From: Chiloscyllium plagiosum
Lineage: Eukaryota
Direction: 5' to 3'
DNA length: 32,910 nucleotides
Assembly: GCF_004010195.1 (NCBI RefSeq)
Contig: NC_057719.1
Coordinates: forward strand, 64,997,628 to 65,030,537
Both the position numbers and the translations under genes were made by a program. Below are positions 10,770 through 22,269 of this stretch, piece by piece (position 1 is the stretch's first letter; each line of letters opens with the position of its first letter). The notes under the pieces were generated by a model. The model ran no database searches. It was not told where the DNA came from and saw only the letters and a list, made by a program, of their open reading frames with translations.

Positions 10770-11710
10770 TGTGAATTAACTCTCCTAATAAGGGATGATG
10801 TTCGTACATTAGTAATAGAGGATCTTCAGTTGAAGGATCAAGAAGTAGAATTAGTTTGGGTGGAGCTAAGAAAACAATGAGGGGAGACAAACATTACTGT
10901 GTTTTATTTATGGAACAATTTGTAGCAATAATGTTGAATACACTGTCAATAAGGACATTCGGGGTGCATTTAATATGGGAAATCCAGTAATAATGGCTAA
11001 CTTCACTCTGCATATAGATTGGGTAAAACAGGCCAGTAGCAATGCTCTGGAGGATCAATATGTGTGAGATGGTTTTCCTGAACATTATGTTGAGGAGCCA
11101 ACTAGAGAATGGATCATTTTGCATTTGCTGTTGTGTAATGAGAAAAGGATTGTTGAGATAACCTTGCTGTAAAGGAACCTTTAATTGTGACTATATTTTA
11201 ACACAATATAATATTGCTTGAAGTTTGAATGCCACATAGTTAATTCTGAAACCAGGACATTAAATCTGAGCAAAGAAACTTTTGCAGGTATGAAGGGCAC
11301 TTTCTTAGGGTGGATTGAGAAAACAGACGAAATTGTGTAATTGTAGACAAACAATGGCTAATATTTAAAGAAATATTACAAGGTGTACAAAAGATGTACA
11401 TTCATTTTAGCAGAAAGTCCCAAAAGGAAAGGTGGATTAACCGTGGTTAACAGATGAAGTTAAGGTTGCATTAGATAAAAGGAAGTGGCTCATGAGAACG
11501 CCAGAAATAGTACTATGTCTGAGGACTGGAAGCAATTTAGGACCAGCATAGGAGGGCCAAGAAACAGATATGGGACAGGGAAAAAGGTATATGAACACAA
11601 GGTAGTGAGGAAAATAAAGATGATCTATAAGGGATGGCGATTGGAAAATGTGTAGTAGAGTACAGGAAAATAATCAAGAAAGTAAATACTTACTTTGGCC
11701 TATATTTTCC
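10770..11710 (+). mobile_element. Degenerate CR1 ORF2 endonuclease/linker region
   Basis: LLIRDDVR...VELVWVELRK motif, plus remnants of EPTRE and PWLT; many frameshifts. Confidence 0.7.
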
Positions 11711-13325
11711 AAGCCCTGAATGGTGTGGACAATGTGACGAGTCAGTTGGAAATGTATGGCAAGTTCTGAAAAATGAGATTCTTAATTCTAATGAAACAGT
11801 CCGATTTTCCAACCAAGTTTTGAACAGTAGCATGACAATGAGTAGGATAGCAGTCCCCAATATCTCAAGGTATGCTCCATGGGCAGTGACCACCTGCAAA
11901 CCTGATCACCATACCAACCAGTCTCATCACATCCTTCTGGCACATCTTCAACTCAGTTAGAACTTGGTTCTCCACTTCAATATGCACCTTACAGTGCTTT
12001 GCCATTTTGCATTTTAATGCTGCTACAGGCCACTTTCATTGCAGGGACAAGCTCCCATCTCATGAATTGGACCAGAATAAATCTTATGGCCCCTTGCTCG
12101 CTCACTTAACTCTCATTCACTTTGCACCTACTTGAATTGTCACAGTGTATCTGCTACACCTTGCCTTTTGAACTTTGCTGCTTCATTCGGTACTTTCAAG
12201 CTTCCGTTACTCATGTCTTGCTTTGCTATTTAATGTAGACACAAAACTGGGTGGTCTGAATTGATTGTTAGCTGTGATGAAGAGAGTGGACATGTTGCTG
12301 TATGGCACCATGCAAAGCCAATCTCACTCCTACATCTTCTGCCATCAGTTTGAGGCGAACACATTACATATGCTTCAACCAAATGGCCATGTCTCAAAGT
12401 CTAAGGTGAGTAGGCCTCGGTGAAGTCAAGGTAGACTGTTGTCAGTCAGGGGCTCTTACCAGTCCAAGGCACTATCCAATCTCAGCCCACAGGTTTGGAC
12501 ATGGTCAGTTGGACTCTTGGAGTGGTCTGTTTAGTGACAGTCTGAATGCAATCAGTCTGATAATTTGTAGTAATTCAGCTGAAGAACTGCACAGAGGTCA
12601 GTCACTTGTCTGCAAATGTCGTTTGGTTGGAGACCTCAGTCAGTCCTTGGCCTCTGCTTATTGAAAGTGAAGATTGTCTAAGAGGGACCACATTTAAGGA
12701 AGTCACTTCTGAAGATTAGAGACAGTGCTAGGCTGCAGAGTGAGCAATAATTATAGAGTGGGCAATTAAACAAACATATAAGGGTGGGTAATGATAATGC
12801 TTTGGAGGATATGGATGACTGTGAGGGGGTAGGGTAGGAGGGAGGGGTATTCATCAATGATCACAATCATCCTGGCCTTGATGGTGGGTGGGGGGGGTGG
12901 GAAACCTCACATGGGAGGAAGTTGAAGGGGAGGAGTGCAGCATAATGCTTGGTGTGTTTAAGCCAAAGGACTGAGGCTCAGGCAGGTATGTCAGGAGATG
13001 AAGATGTAAATGAAAGAGGCTGATTGTGAATGTGTGAAAGTTCAGCACTGATGGCATCAACAGAGAGTGAAATGAAGGCGGCAACACGGAGGCTTAGGTG
13101 AGGAGCTCTGGATTACTAGGGTGAGTCTGTGATTCACTGTGAAATGTGATCCCTGCTGCCTTCCATCCTCATGCAAATTGCAAAAGCACAATGAAAATGG
13201 AAAATGGCTGCGACTACATGCAGGGTGGGGGAATAAGTCTTTGTCTGGGTATGTGTGCTGTACTTATGCCGTGAGGACCTTAAAGGGTAATTGCATTAAT
13301 CAATTCACAGTACAGGAGAAAGTGA

Positions 13326-13478
13326 AGAATAGAGATGCTGGCTGTCAGAGTCAAAAAGTGTGGCTCTGGAAAAGCGTAGCCGGTCAGGAATGAAGGGTTT
13401 ATGCCCAAAACATTGATCCTCCTGCTCCTTGGATGCTGTCTGACCTGCTATGCTTTTCCAGTACCACACTCTTCACCT
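13326..13478. mobile_element. Second inverted pair of Penelope-type terminal repeats, more decayed
   Basis: agtgtggctctggaaaagcgtagc..ggtcag versus ctgacctgctatgcttttccagtaccacact, with a broken core atgaagggtttatgcccaaaac. Confidence 0.7.
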
Positions 13479-13789
13479 TCACAGTACAGATTGAAATTAT
13501 CTGTGGTCATAGCACCCTGCATGAGAAATGCATTCTGCATCCAAATGTGAGACACAAGTGATATTGAGTGGGTCACCAGTCATTACAGAGTGATCATCAT
13601 CTCTGTGATACAGAGGTAATCACAGGTGACCCTCAATGTGTCATCAGCATGCTACAGTTCACAAAGGCAAAGCTGCATAAGGATATAAAGCTGATTTCCT
13701 CTCACTTTGAACTATACGTATTTGCCTAAGTATTAGCTATGTTTTTCTATACCACAACAGTGAATAAACTCAAAGTATGTGATGAAATA

Positions 13790-14030
13790 ATTAGTACTGA
13801 AGCCAAATGAGTATGGGGAAAAGACTTTTAACAAGTAGGATCTGAAAGTGTGGTGGAAGTAGGTTCAGTTGAGTCATTCTAAAGGGACATAGATAGTGAT
13901 TTGATAAGGAATAATGTGCAGGTTTTGGAGAATGCAGGAGAATGACACGAAATAAGATGCTCATTTGGGGTGTATTACAGACTTTATAGGACTGAATGGC
14001 CTTCTACACCATAACAACTGATTCTGAAGA
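13790..14030 (+). mobile_element. Degenerate CR1 3' end
   Basis: gtggtggaagtaggttcagttgag...atagatagt...ggactgaatggccttct tail pattern. Confidence 0.55.
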
Positions 14031-14479
14031 ACAAGTCTGAGAGTTCAGTATTTGCTGTCCTGGTTATCTTCTTCCCATCTCAAGTAGTACTGGCAGAGGC
14101 CTGTGAACTAAATAGCTAGCTTCCCTTTTGACATGGGAAATAATCATAATGCTAAAACAGTACGAGGGGACTTAGAATATAATTTTTAAAAGATGTTTTG
14201 ATGCACCATATTTATAATAAGTCTAACTATACTATTTGAGTAATGGAATTATCCACTTTCCGATCCATTGTGTTGTCAATCTCATTAATAGTTCAGTCCA
14301 GATGAAAAATATATGTTTAAAAAAATTTGCAAAGTGTCGTAGAGGTAATTGCATTGAATTCTGACATGATGCAACTTGGATGTCAATCTGAGGTTACATT
14401 TATCAAGTGGCTAGCTCGGGAAATTTCAACAATCATGAATAGTGCGTCATTATAGACAGAATCAAAACTGAGGCCAGTG

Positions 14480-16569
14480 TGGTTTAGATTTCTATATGTT
14501 TTATTGTCATTTCATGTTTGTAACAAACAGCACTGTATGATTTGAACAGCTTTAAATGTAAAATGGTTAGAGGGTGTACAAAAGAAGCAACTGCTAATGA
14601 TAAACAATGTAAAAAAAAGCAACATCTCAACTCAGTGTGCAAAAGGTTTCGTACAGACAGAAATGCTAACTCTAGGTAACATTGCCTGATAAATTACTTA
14701 AATAGCTTATCTACAAAATAATGAGTTTTTTTAACCTGCTTAATGTTACAAGTTGCAACTGAGATATTCAATAATTTATACAAACCTTTTTTTTAAAAAA
14801 AGAGCAATGACATACAAAGAGCTTGGGGAGGAAAGAACACACCTGGCAGCATGAGAAAATCTGTTGTTTTTCAAAGCTGTTTCCTTACTGGGGCAATACA
14901 TTTTCCTTCTGCAAAAATAAATTTTTGATTATGTACACAGCCTTTTTATACTACAGTAGCTTTGAGAGACTTTAGACACGTGAGCAAGGTTTTCTGCTGC
15001 TTGATCCAAAGGTTTGTATCGATCATACAACAATGAGGTAATATTTGTACATAAAGAAGTTTCACCTTTTTCACTTTTGGAAAAGATATAGATCCACAAG
15101 TACCAAGGCACAAGTGGTTGAAGTAGAAAAAAAAACAGCTTCTAGGCTCTAAGGGCTACTCTGTTCTTAAGCAGAGTGAAGAGAACTGCATTCTAAAGCC
15201 CTCTGGTATACAAGAAATACACTGATTACAGACTCAGAGTCTCCCATTTTCAGCTTCACTATGGGCTGCCCTTTTCAAGCAACAACTTTCAAACAAATGA
15301 AAATACCCTAAACTAGCTAGCATCAATATAGAACAATGTTAATAAATAATAATTGTATTTACAATCTTACAATGCACACAAGGACTAGTGATAAACTCTC
15401 ATGGATAGTCTGCCGCCTTTTTTCTTTTTAAAGTGTCCTTTAATTGTATTTCATCCAGGATAAGAAAATAAATAAATCGACGACATTAAAAATTGTACTT
15501 ATTTTTATATCTACAGGCAGAACAAGTTGCCACTTTGGCAAACACTAGTTAAAGAGAAGAGCAGTCTCTTTGACAGTCTGCTTTTGCCTTTTCAACCATG
15601 GCATTGAAAGCAAATGAGCTTTCTAGGAGGCCAGCATAGGTGCTGAAGAGGTACTCTCTAACTGCTCTTCTAAACTTACTTGTTACCATCAGACTGGTTT
15701 CACTTGGAAGAAAAGCGCTAGCTGATGGCAGTGCCATCCTATGGGAACCATGGATATGTGTGATCTTCCACTTTTCTTCTTGGCACCAGGACCTGACAAT
15801 ACATGTTTCGACCTCTGGTTTAATTAGGTCAGCATGCATCTAGAGGGTTGACTTGGTTTGGGAGTTTTGGGAGGGGTGCTAGATTGGACATTTACACTTC
15901 GCATGGAACCAACTAGCTCTTACTGCTAGCATTTGCATTTTTACTTGAGTAATATTAATTTATTGACAAATAATCACATAAGGTCCAGTACAAAACAAGT
16001 AACAAGTTCCTCCATGGTTTCTTCCAGATATTTTTCACAAACAAGATAGATCCTATTGTTCTTCGCCCCAACCTTTTGGAAATTTTTTTATGCCATTCAT
16101 TTAAGCCTCAGTTATTTTTTCCACCATATACCGGCCCACTTGTTTTTTTTAAACTTAAATAACAGTCCACAGCAGAAATAGTCTCATTAACAGTGTGCAA
16201 TCTCCTTCCATGGAAACTCCAGCTATGCAAAATCGTAGGGCTGGAATGCCTAACGACTTACCAAGTAAAGCTCTTTCCAGACGTAACAGAGGTATTTTTT
16301 TTGAAAAATGTGATCGCGATTTGCATTTGTCAGAAGCAAAGGCAAGTTACTATAGTCAGTTGTGATCAAGGGAACAGTTCCTTTGCAGACTTGTTGCTGA
16401 ACTTTATGTTGATAACATCCAGTGAGTTCTATCAGCCAATGCTGGTCGTGTGCTTTTGATTCCACAAATGAAAGTGAAGAAGAAAACAATGGTCCCAGGA
16501 ATTGTTCCAAGAAAAGAGAAAGGTGCAACACCAACGTTTAAAACATTTCCCCTTCCAAAAATGCTGACA
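14480..16569 (-). other. THBS1: THBS1 3'UTR (about 2.1 kb) with AU-rich elements
   Basis: AU-rich, no recognisable TE; TTATTTATT/ATTTA clusters at about 15341-15350 and 15466-15477; ends near the AATAAA at 14500-14505. Confidence 0.75.
14500..14505 (-). terminator. THBS1: THBS1 polyadenylation signal AATAAA
   Basis: Minus strand reads ...gacAATAAAacatatagaaatc; the context resembles my recollection of the mammalian THBS1 mRNA end. Confidence 0.7.
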
Positions 16570-16577
16570 TTATGAAT
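16570..16577 (-). CDS. THBS1: THBS1 exon 22 coding tip (D-S-stop)
   Basis: Acceptor cctttcacAG at 16578, then AT TCA TAA; completes a CDS length divisible by 3. Confidence 0.88.
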
Positions 16578-16885
16578 CTGTGAAAGGATGACAGTGAGAA
16601 TTCAGTCAGTCACAGTCCAAATCAGGAATCCTTAACTCTAATGCAGCACCTTTACGTTCTCATGTCTGCATGACTCCCAATTTTTATGTAAATTTTGTTA
16701 GAATGTCAGTGAGCTCTTGCTATTATTTATTCTACTTTTTTTATACAACAGCTATTTTCCCATTAAACCTTCCCCATTCTGAATTATCAAGGAACAATTA
16801 GCACATTAAGAATTTTACGAAATCTTCATGAAACTGGCGGTGAGGTAGAATTTATTTTTCCCAAATGTAATAGTGTAGCCCTTAC

Positions 16886-17025
16886 CTCTACACTCGTATC
16901 GGAGATCAGAAAAGTAAACCATTTCTTGAGAGAAGACGAAGAGACCCAATCGTCCACCAGCATAAGTCTTGTCATAGATGGCCCCAGAGTCAGCCATGAT
17001 CTTTCTCCCTTCATACATTACGACT
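16886..17025 (-). CDS. THBS1: THBS1 exon 21 ([14 protein letters not shown]...[25 protein letters not shown])
   Basis: Overlaps ORF 16815-17018; donor G/GTAAGG. 140 nt. Confidence 0.97.
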
Positions 17026-17144
17026 CTGTAGTAGGAAGAACAAAGATTTATGCTGTCAGAATACTTAACTGTTCACAGTCCAAAGCAACTTAATCTGCAG
17101 TTTATTGTGATTCAATACTCCAACTGTTCTCAACAATTTATAAA

Positions 17145-17261
17145 TATTTTCTAATCACTCTGTTCAGAGAAGTTATTACACACTTCTGGTGCAGGTAGGT
17201 CTTGAACCTGGGACTTCTGCCTCACAGAGATAGGCGCACTACCACTATGCCTTAAGAGCCC
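17145..17261 (-). mobile_element. Short tRNA-derived SINE in THBS1 intron 20
   Basis: Minus strand reads gggctcttaAGGCATAGTGGtag...GGTTCAAGACC, resembling A and B boxes. Confidence 0.65.
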
Positions 17262-17265
17262 TTTT

Positions 17266-17334
17266 TAGAAGAGGATAGTTTTGATCCATTGACTTCCGAG
17301 TTACTAGCCCAGCATGCTCTTACTCATCTACGCT
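17266..17334 (-). pseudogene. Decayed initiator tRNA-Met-like sequence
   Basis: Minus strand GCATGCTGGGCTAGTAACTCGGAAGTCAATGGATCAAAACTATCCTCTTCTA matches the 3' 52 nt of vertebrate tRNA-iMet at about 41/52 (hand alignment to the remembered sequence). The anticodon is mutated. Confidence 0.65.
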
Positions 17335-17344
17335 AATCACATTT

Positions 17345-17800
17345 TTCCAGCACATGGCTCATATCCTTATGTTATGGCACTTCCAAATACTAGTTCTTAA
17401 ATAACTTTAGGATTCTCGCATCTATTGCCTTTTAGGCAGTGACTTCCAGATACCCACAACACGTTGGGTAAAAGAAACTTTTCCTCAAATCCCATCTAAA
17501 TCTCTTTGCCTTAAACCTGTGCCATCTTTTTATTTGCCCCCTAATAAGGGGAAAGGTATCTCTCTATCTACATTGTCCATGGCCCTTAGAACTTTGAAAC
17601 AGATCCCCTCAGCCTTTCTACTCTCAGGAAAATAACCCCGCCTTTTATAGTCTCTCTTCCAAACTCAGTCCCTCCAACTCAGGCAGATCTCTTTTGCACA
17701 GTCGTGCAATCACATCCTTCCTATAGTGTGGGGACTGAACAGCACAGTATCCAGCTGTCGCCCAGCTAACATTATATATAGCTCCACCATAACCTCCTTG
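17345..17800 (-). mobile_element. Degenerate CR1 3' fragment in intron 20
   Basis: YCAVQSPHYRKDVIARL...LPELEGLSLEERL (ORF 17645-17836). Confidence 0.75.
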
Positions 17801-17850
17801 CTCTTGCCAGTAATGCATTAGAGTCACAAAGTACACATTGAGCTAGTTAC

Positions 17851-17948
17851 CTGATGAATCCAGTCTTGGGTCTGTGGGTTAACTGCCATCTGTAAGCAGC
17901 CCTGTCCTTCCAACCAATGTTACGTGGATCATGCCACAATGTTTGAAC
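17851..17948 (-). CDS. THBS1: THBS1 exon 20 ([33 protein letters not shown])
   Basis: Hand-translated; phase 0-2. 98 nt. Confidence 0.97.
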
Positions 17949-18084
17949 CTAACAGATGAAAATAATAAATGAACAATTAAATGTTGAGTTAGAATTGCAC
18001 AATACAACCAGCTGGTTTTACAGTAGTTTATTTGTACTATTTGTGTACAGATTTAATATTTAAGAACAAAAAGGTAGCAATCTG

Positions 18085-18210
18085 TTTATGGTAACGGGAA
18101 AAAGGTAGGAAAGTGGAGTTGAGGGTTATCACATCAGCTGTGGTCTCTGAATGGCACAGCATATTTAATGGGCTGAATTGCCTACTTGTGCTCCTGTGTC
18201 CTTTGGTCTC
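18085..18210 (+). mobile_element. CR1 3'UTR tail
   Basis: atgggctgaattgcctacttgtgctcctgtgtcctttggtc, similar to the tail at about 2620-2695. Confidence 0.6.
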
Positions 18211-18787
18211 ACTGTCTATTTAGGACATTCCCAAATGCAAATATCAATGCATTTTAAAAGTCATCCTGTGCTTGCTTAATCAGTATCTAGAATTATAGGA
18301 AATATAGCACATTTGGGAAAAAAAGATGACTTGAGGAAAATATCTCTGCTTAAAACAAATTTGGATTCATAACTCAAGACAAGTCTAGATTTGATCTCAA
18401 CCAATTCATAAGAGTTTGGTTGCTATGATTAGTTGACAGCTTCACAATCATTATGTCCTGGCAGAGTATGAGAATAGGAGAAAGAAGTTTTACTTTTTTT
18501 AGCCTCGTTATTCCTCAGAAAACATTTCTCTATTCAGGTAAAACTAATGTATTCTATTATCACAGACACTCCATAAATGGATTGATCCTTGTCTTTTTTT
18601 TCCCTATAGTATTACAGTTCCCTGCTTCAGTTTCAAAATGGAACTGTTGTTGATTTTCCTAACAGACTTACTATAAGCTGTATACATGATTTGGACCCAA
18701 TATAGCTACAATTTCTGTAAGGTGTAGCGTAAAACATGCACTTTGTCCCAGTATAAAACTTGTAGTTTGTGCAGGAAGTTCTTGTAC

Positions 18788-19059
18788 CTGTCCTTCTGTA
18801 TTGCCAGTGTGCCAGAGTGCATTACGCAAGTGCTCTCCTGGCCCAGTTGTAGAGTTCACCACTTTGATAGAGAGTCCAGCATAGCCCTGTGCTCTGGTTG
18901 GTGTATCAAGCCAATAGGTCTGTGTGATCTGCTTCCACATTACCACATAGAAGCGACTGCTGGACTGGTATCCAAATACAAATCCAGCATAGTCATCATC
19001 TCGTTCAGTATTTATGAAGAAAGTACCACTAAAGTCCACAGCATTGAATTCATCATATC
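18788..19059 (-). CDS. THBS1: THBS1 exon 19, C-terminal L-lectin domain ([36 protein letters not shown]...)
   Basis: Overlaps ORF 18671-19039; AG/GT junctions. 272 nt. Confidence 0.98.
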
Positions 19060-20177
19060 CTATTCACAAAGTAAAGAAAATGTTAATGACCCATTTAATA
19101 AATCATTTTCATGAGTGATCAACAGTGATTTGAATGGAATGAACTACATTCATATTGTATAAAGGATGGTTATGTTCAGTCAGGAACATACACTTTGAAT
19201 GACCTCTGAATTAATATTGCATACAATCTTGCTGCTATTTTAATCACTTTCCAATGTTAGTCATCTACATCAGGAAAGTGAATACAGGGTAAGACTAATG
19301 TACACTTTTATAGGTAGATTTTACTTGTGTTTAATGGAGGCTGCTAGAAAAGCTAAGTACTGATAAAACAGCAGTACAAAGTTTCATAGTGGGACTGTTA
19401 AACACTAGCCATTACAGTCTTCAACAGACATGAGTTAGAGATTTGACTGGTGCTACAAATAGCTAGGTAAAAATAATGGCAGTGCAATCTCTGCCTCTTT
19501 TGAACTGTGGTCCTATGTCACCCAAGTAAGTTGGCTGATTGCAATTCTTAACACGTGTTTTCAGAAATTTTGTGACATGGGGGGAGGGATGGAGAGGGGT
19601 TCTCAGCTGCACGTTTTGAAACTTAAAGCCTACCAAGACACTAAAATACCAAGCAGCCCATCTGAAAAAGGATGTTTAAATATGCAAAGATGCACCCTTT
19701 GCCAATTGGCTGACAAAGATTTCAAAGGGTAGCTACAAAAAAATCAGTGGTGTTTTTTGCCTTGCAAAGTCCATCTGTCTGTAACAAGTAGTGAATGCCC
19801 AAGTGCAGTCCTTTAAAAGGAAAGCCCAGCTAAATTTTTGCTTTTAATTTTGTGGAATTCGGAGTGCACTAGGAAAAAAAAAATTGAGCCTGCTATTCAT
19901 GCTTTTAGAGGGTTTCCCTCATACTTGATCTCATGCCCTCCTCCCCACAACATGACCTACCAACGAACTCAGAACTGTTTGATTTTTAAGAACTACACTG
20001 GGCATCCAGTTAGCAGCTGGAATGTGCCAATGGCATTTAAATGAAGCCCAAAGCAGAGTTTGTCTTTCTTCTTGGACTGGGACAGTTCATTAGGTACTGG
20101 CGTAACACTGGCAACTTTGCACTTATTCTAGCTACAGGTTAAATCAGAGAATTCAGATATAATCTAAATCCACTCAC

Positions 20178-20405
20178 CTACAGCAATGCCAGGATCACAA
20201 TTAACAGTCTGTACCAACTCTTTGCCTTTATGTCTGACTACCCAGTTGGGGTCAATTTGGGATGTTCCCTTGGGATCCAGTGGTACCATTTGGAATTTGC
20301 GGAAGTCAGTCTCAGTGATTTCAAAGTTTTCAGGACAAACATCATAGATGTCCAGAATACTGTCTCCATCAAAATCATCCTTGCAAGCATCACCTCGGCC
20401 ATCAC
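20178..20405 (-). CDS. THBS1: THBS1 exon 18, RGD-containing repeat and start of C-terminal domain (GDGRGDACK...[15 protein letters not shown]...[10 protein letters not shown])
   Basis: RGD codons at 20397-20389. 228 nt. Confidence 0.97.
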
Positions 20406-20540
20406 CTGAACAAGAGAAAAGTGATGTTCTTCAATTGAAGTATTCTCAAACATTTTACTAAGTATATTTCTGTTGTTATTTGGTTCAAGTTTCTAGTAAA
20501 AAGCTATTAAATCACATTAAGAGAATTCTTATTTTCTTAC

Positions 20541-20775
20541 CATCAGAATCAGTTTGGTTAGGATTGGCTTTCAACCTACAATTGTCCTTCTCATCGGGAA
20601 TACCATCATTATCATCATCATGATCACAGGCATCACCCTTTCCATCCTTGTCGTGATCTGCCTGGTTAGCATTGGGGATGTAGGGGCAGTTATCCAGGTT
20701 ATTCTGGTGACCATCTTCATCAATATCCTGGTTATTATCACATTTATCTCCTACAAGGTCAGAGTCTGAGTCAGT
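20541..20775 (-). CDS. THBS1: THBS1 exon 17, type-3 repeats ([32 protein letters not shown]...TDSD)
   Basis: Hand-translated; AG/GT junctions. 235 nt. Confidence 0.97.
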
Positions 20776-22012
20776 CTGAAATTAAATAAACATACATTAG
20801 TCCATGTTCTGGAGCAGTGTTTAGAATAGTCATTTGTAATGTCAGTCAAGATAAGGTGAAATAAGTTCCTTTTTAAAAGTTCAAATTGAATTCATGGAGC
20901 AGCACACTATACCAATACAATGTTGTGATCTTGCTGCAACACATATGCAACTGGATGTATAAAGTCTGGGTAAAATAGAATAACTACTGACTGTACAAGC
21001 TGGTGTTGCTATTCATTTAGAATTACATTGACTGGAGCCCATTAGATTGAGTCTTTTGTACTACTTACGTTCCTAGCAAATAAGGTTTACAGCAAAAGTC
21101 AAAACGTCAACACTCCTTGTTTAATGATTTGTATTATATAAGAGATGTTGATTACAGTGCAATTATTTACTTCTTTTGGTTAGTTTCAGTGGAATGAAGC
21201 AGTAAATTCTGGATTATTATGGTGTGCCAGGATAATACAAACTTCACTCGAAAGCTTTGTCTCACGTTCACTTCAGTCTGAGTGGCATTCTTGCTAACAG
21301 GCTGTTATTTGTAGGTAAAACTCTGTTCACAGACTATTGCCATCCTTACCAGAATAACCTTAACTGCCATGAAAGCAACACAATTTCATAACAACTAAGC
21401 TTCTATTGAGAGGGTCATGCAATTTTTAAAAAAATCTTAAACACTTCAACACAAAATGTGGAAGTAGTAGTTTCCGTGGGATGTGGTGAAGATGTAATTA
21501 ATTGGCACGTAAAAGCTAAATAATTTAAAGTTCAGGTTTGTATTGGTTCCATGGATGCAATCCAAATCCCTCCAGACAGAGATTGACATTACATTACAAC
21601 TTAATTTTATATTCTCAGGGGCAGGATTCACTCTCATCAAGAACCTTATTGCCATGTTTATCACTGTTCACTCTCAGACAGAATCCAAATTAACCAAAAC
21701 AGGGAGGACTACAATCATCCTTACAAACCAAAGAAGCTAAATTAGAGGAATTTAGTTAGTACATTTTAATTGGCAAAGCATGTTGACTGAAAACCACAAT
21801 TTCATACTTGTGAATAATTTTACTTCAGATTATTTAGACATTTAGATTATGGATAGAAATTATTAACCATATCTCTGCAAATTTCAAATATTAATTTCTA
21901 CCATTGGTCCAGGCCTTTCTAAGATATGGAAAAAATCTTGATTTTAAAAGAATCTAATTTTACACTGGCATTTTTGCTGGTGGCTATTAATTAAAAATTC
22001 AGTAAGACTTAC

Positions 22013-22131
22013 TTGTTCTGGATTGTGTTCTAACGGACAATTATCACACTGATCACCAACACCATCTAAATCTGTATCCCTCTGGTCAACATTGTACACA
22101 TGTGGGCAGTTGTCCTTCTCATTCAGAATGC
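22013..22131 (-). CDS. THBS1: THBS1 exon 16, type-3 repeats ([40 protein letters not shown])
   Basis: Lies within ORF 21944-22246. 119 nt. Confidence 0.97.
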
Positions 22132-22269
22132 CTAGAAAGCAAAAACATTTGTAGCAATATTTTTCAGAAATGTGGAACTTTGAATAAACCTCCTGTATTG
22201 TTAAAATAAAACATCTTGCCAGAACATCTGAGCTTTGCATTGGCACATTAATTTGAGTTTAATAAGATT

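Noticed and set aside
11800..13290. Possible old DNA-transposon or other repeat remnant
   Set aside because: Composition differs from the flanks, but I could not find termini, TSDs or protein motifs; needs a repeat-library search.
17266..17334. Functional tRNA-iMet gene
   Set aside because: Anticodon CAT is lost, and the 5' acceptor strand, D arm and B box are degraded.
20554..20769. Hydrophobic membrane-like ORF ([17 protein letters not shown])
   Set aside because: It is the antisense reading of the Asp-rich (GAT) type-3 repeats in exon 17.
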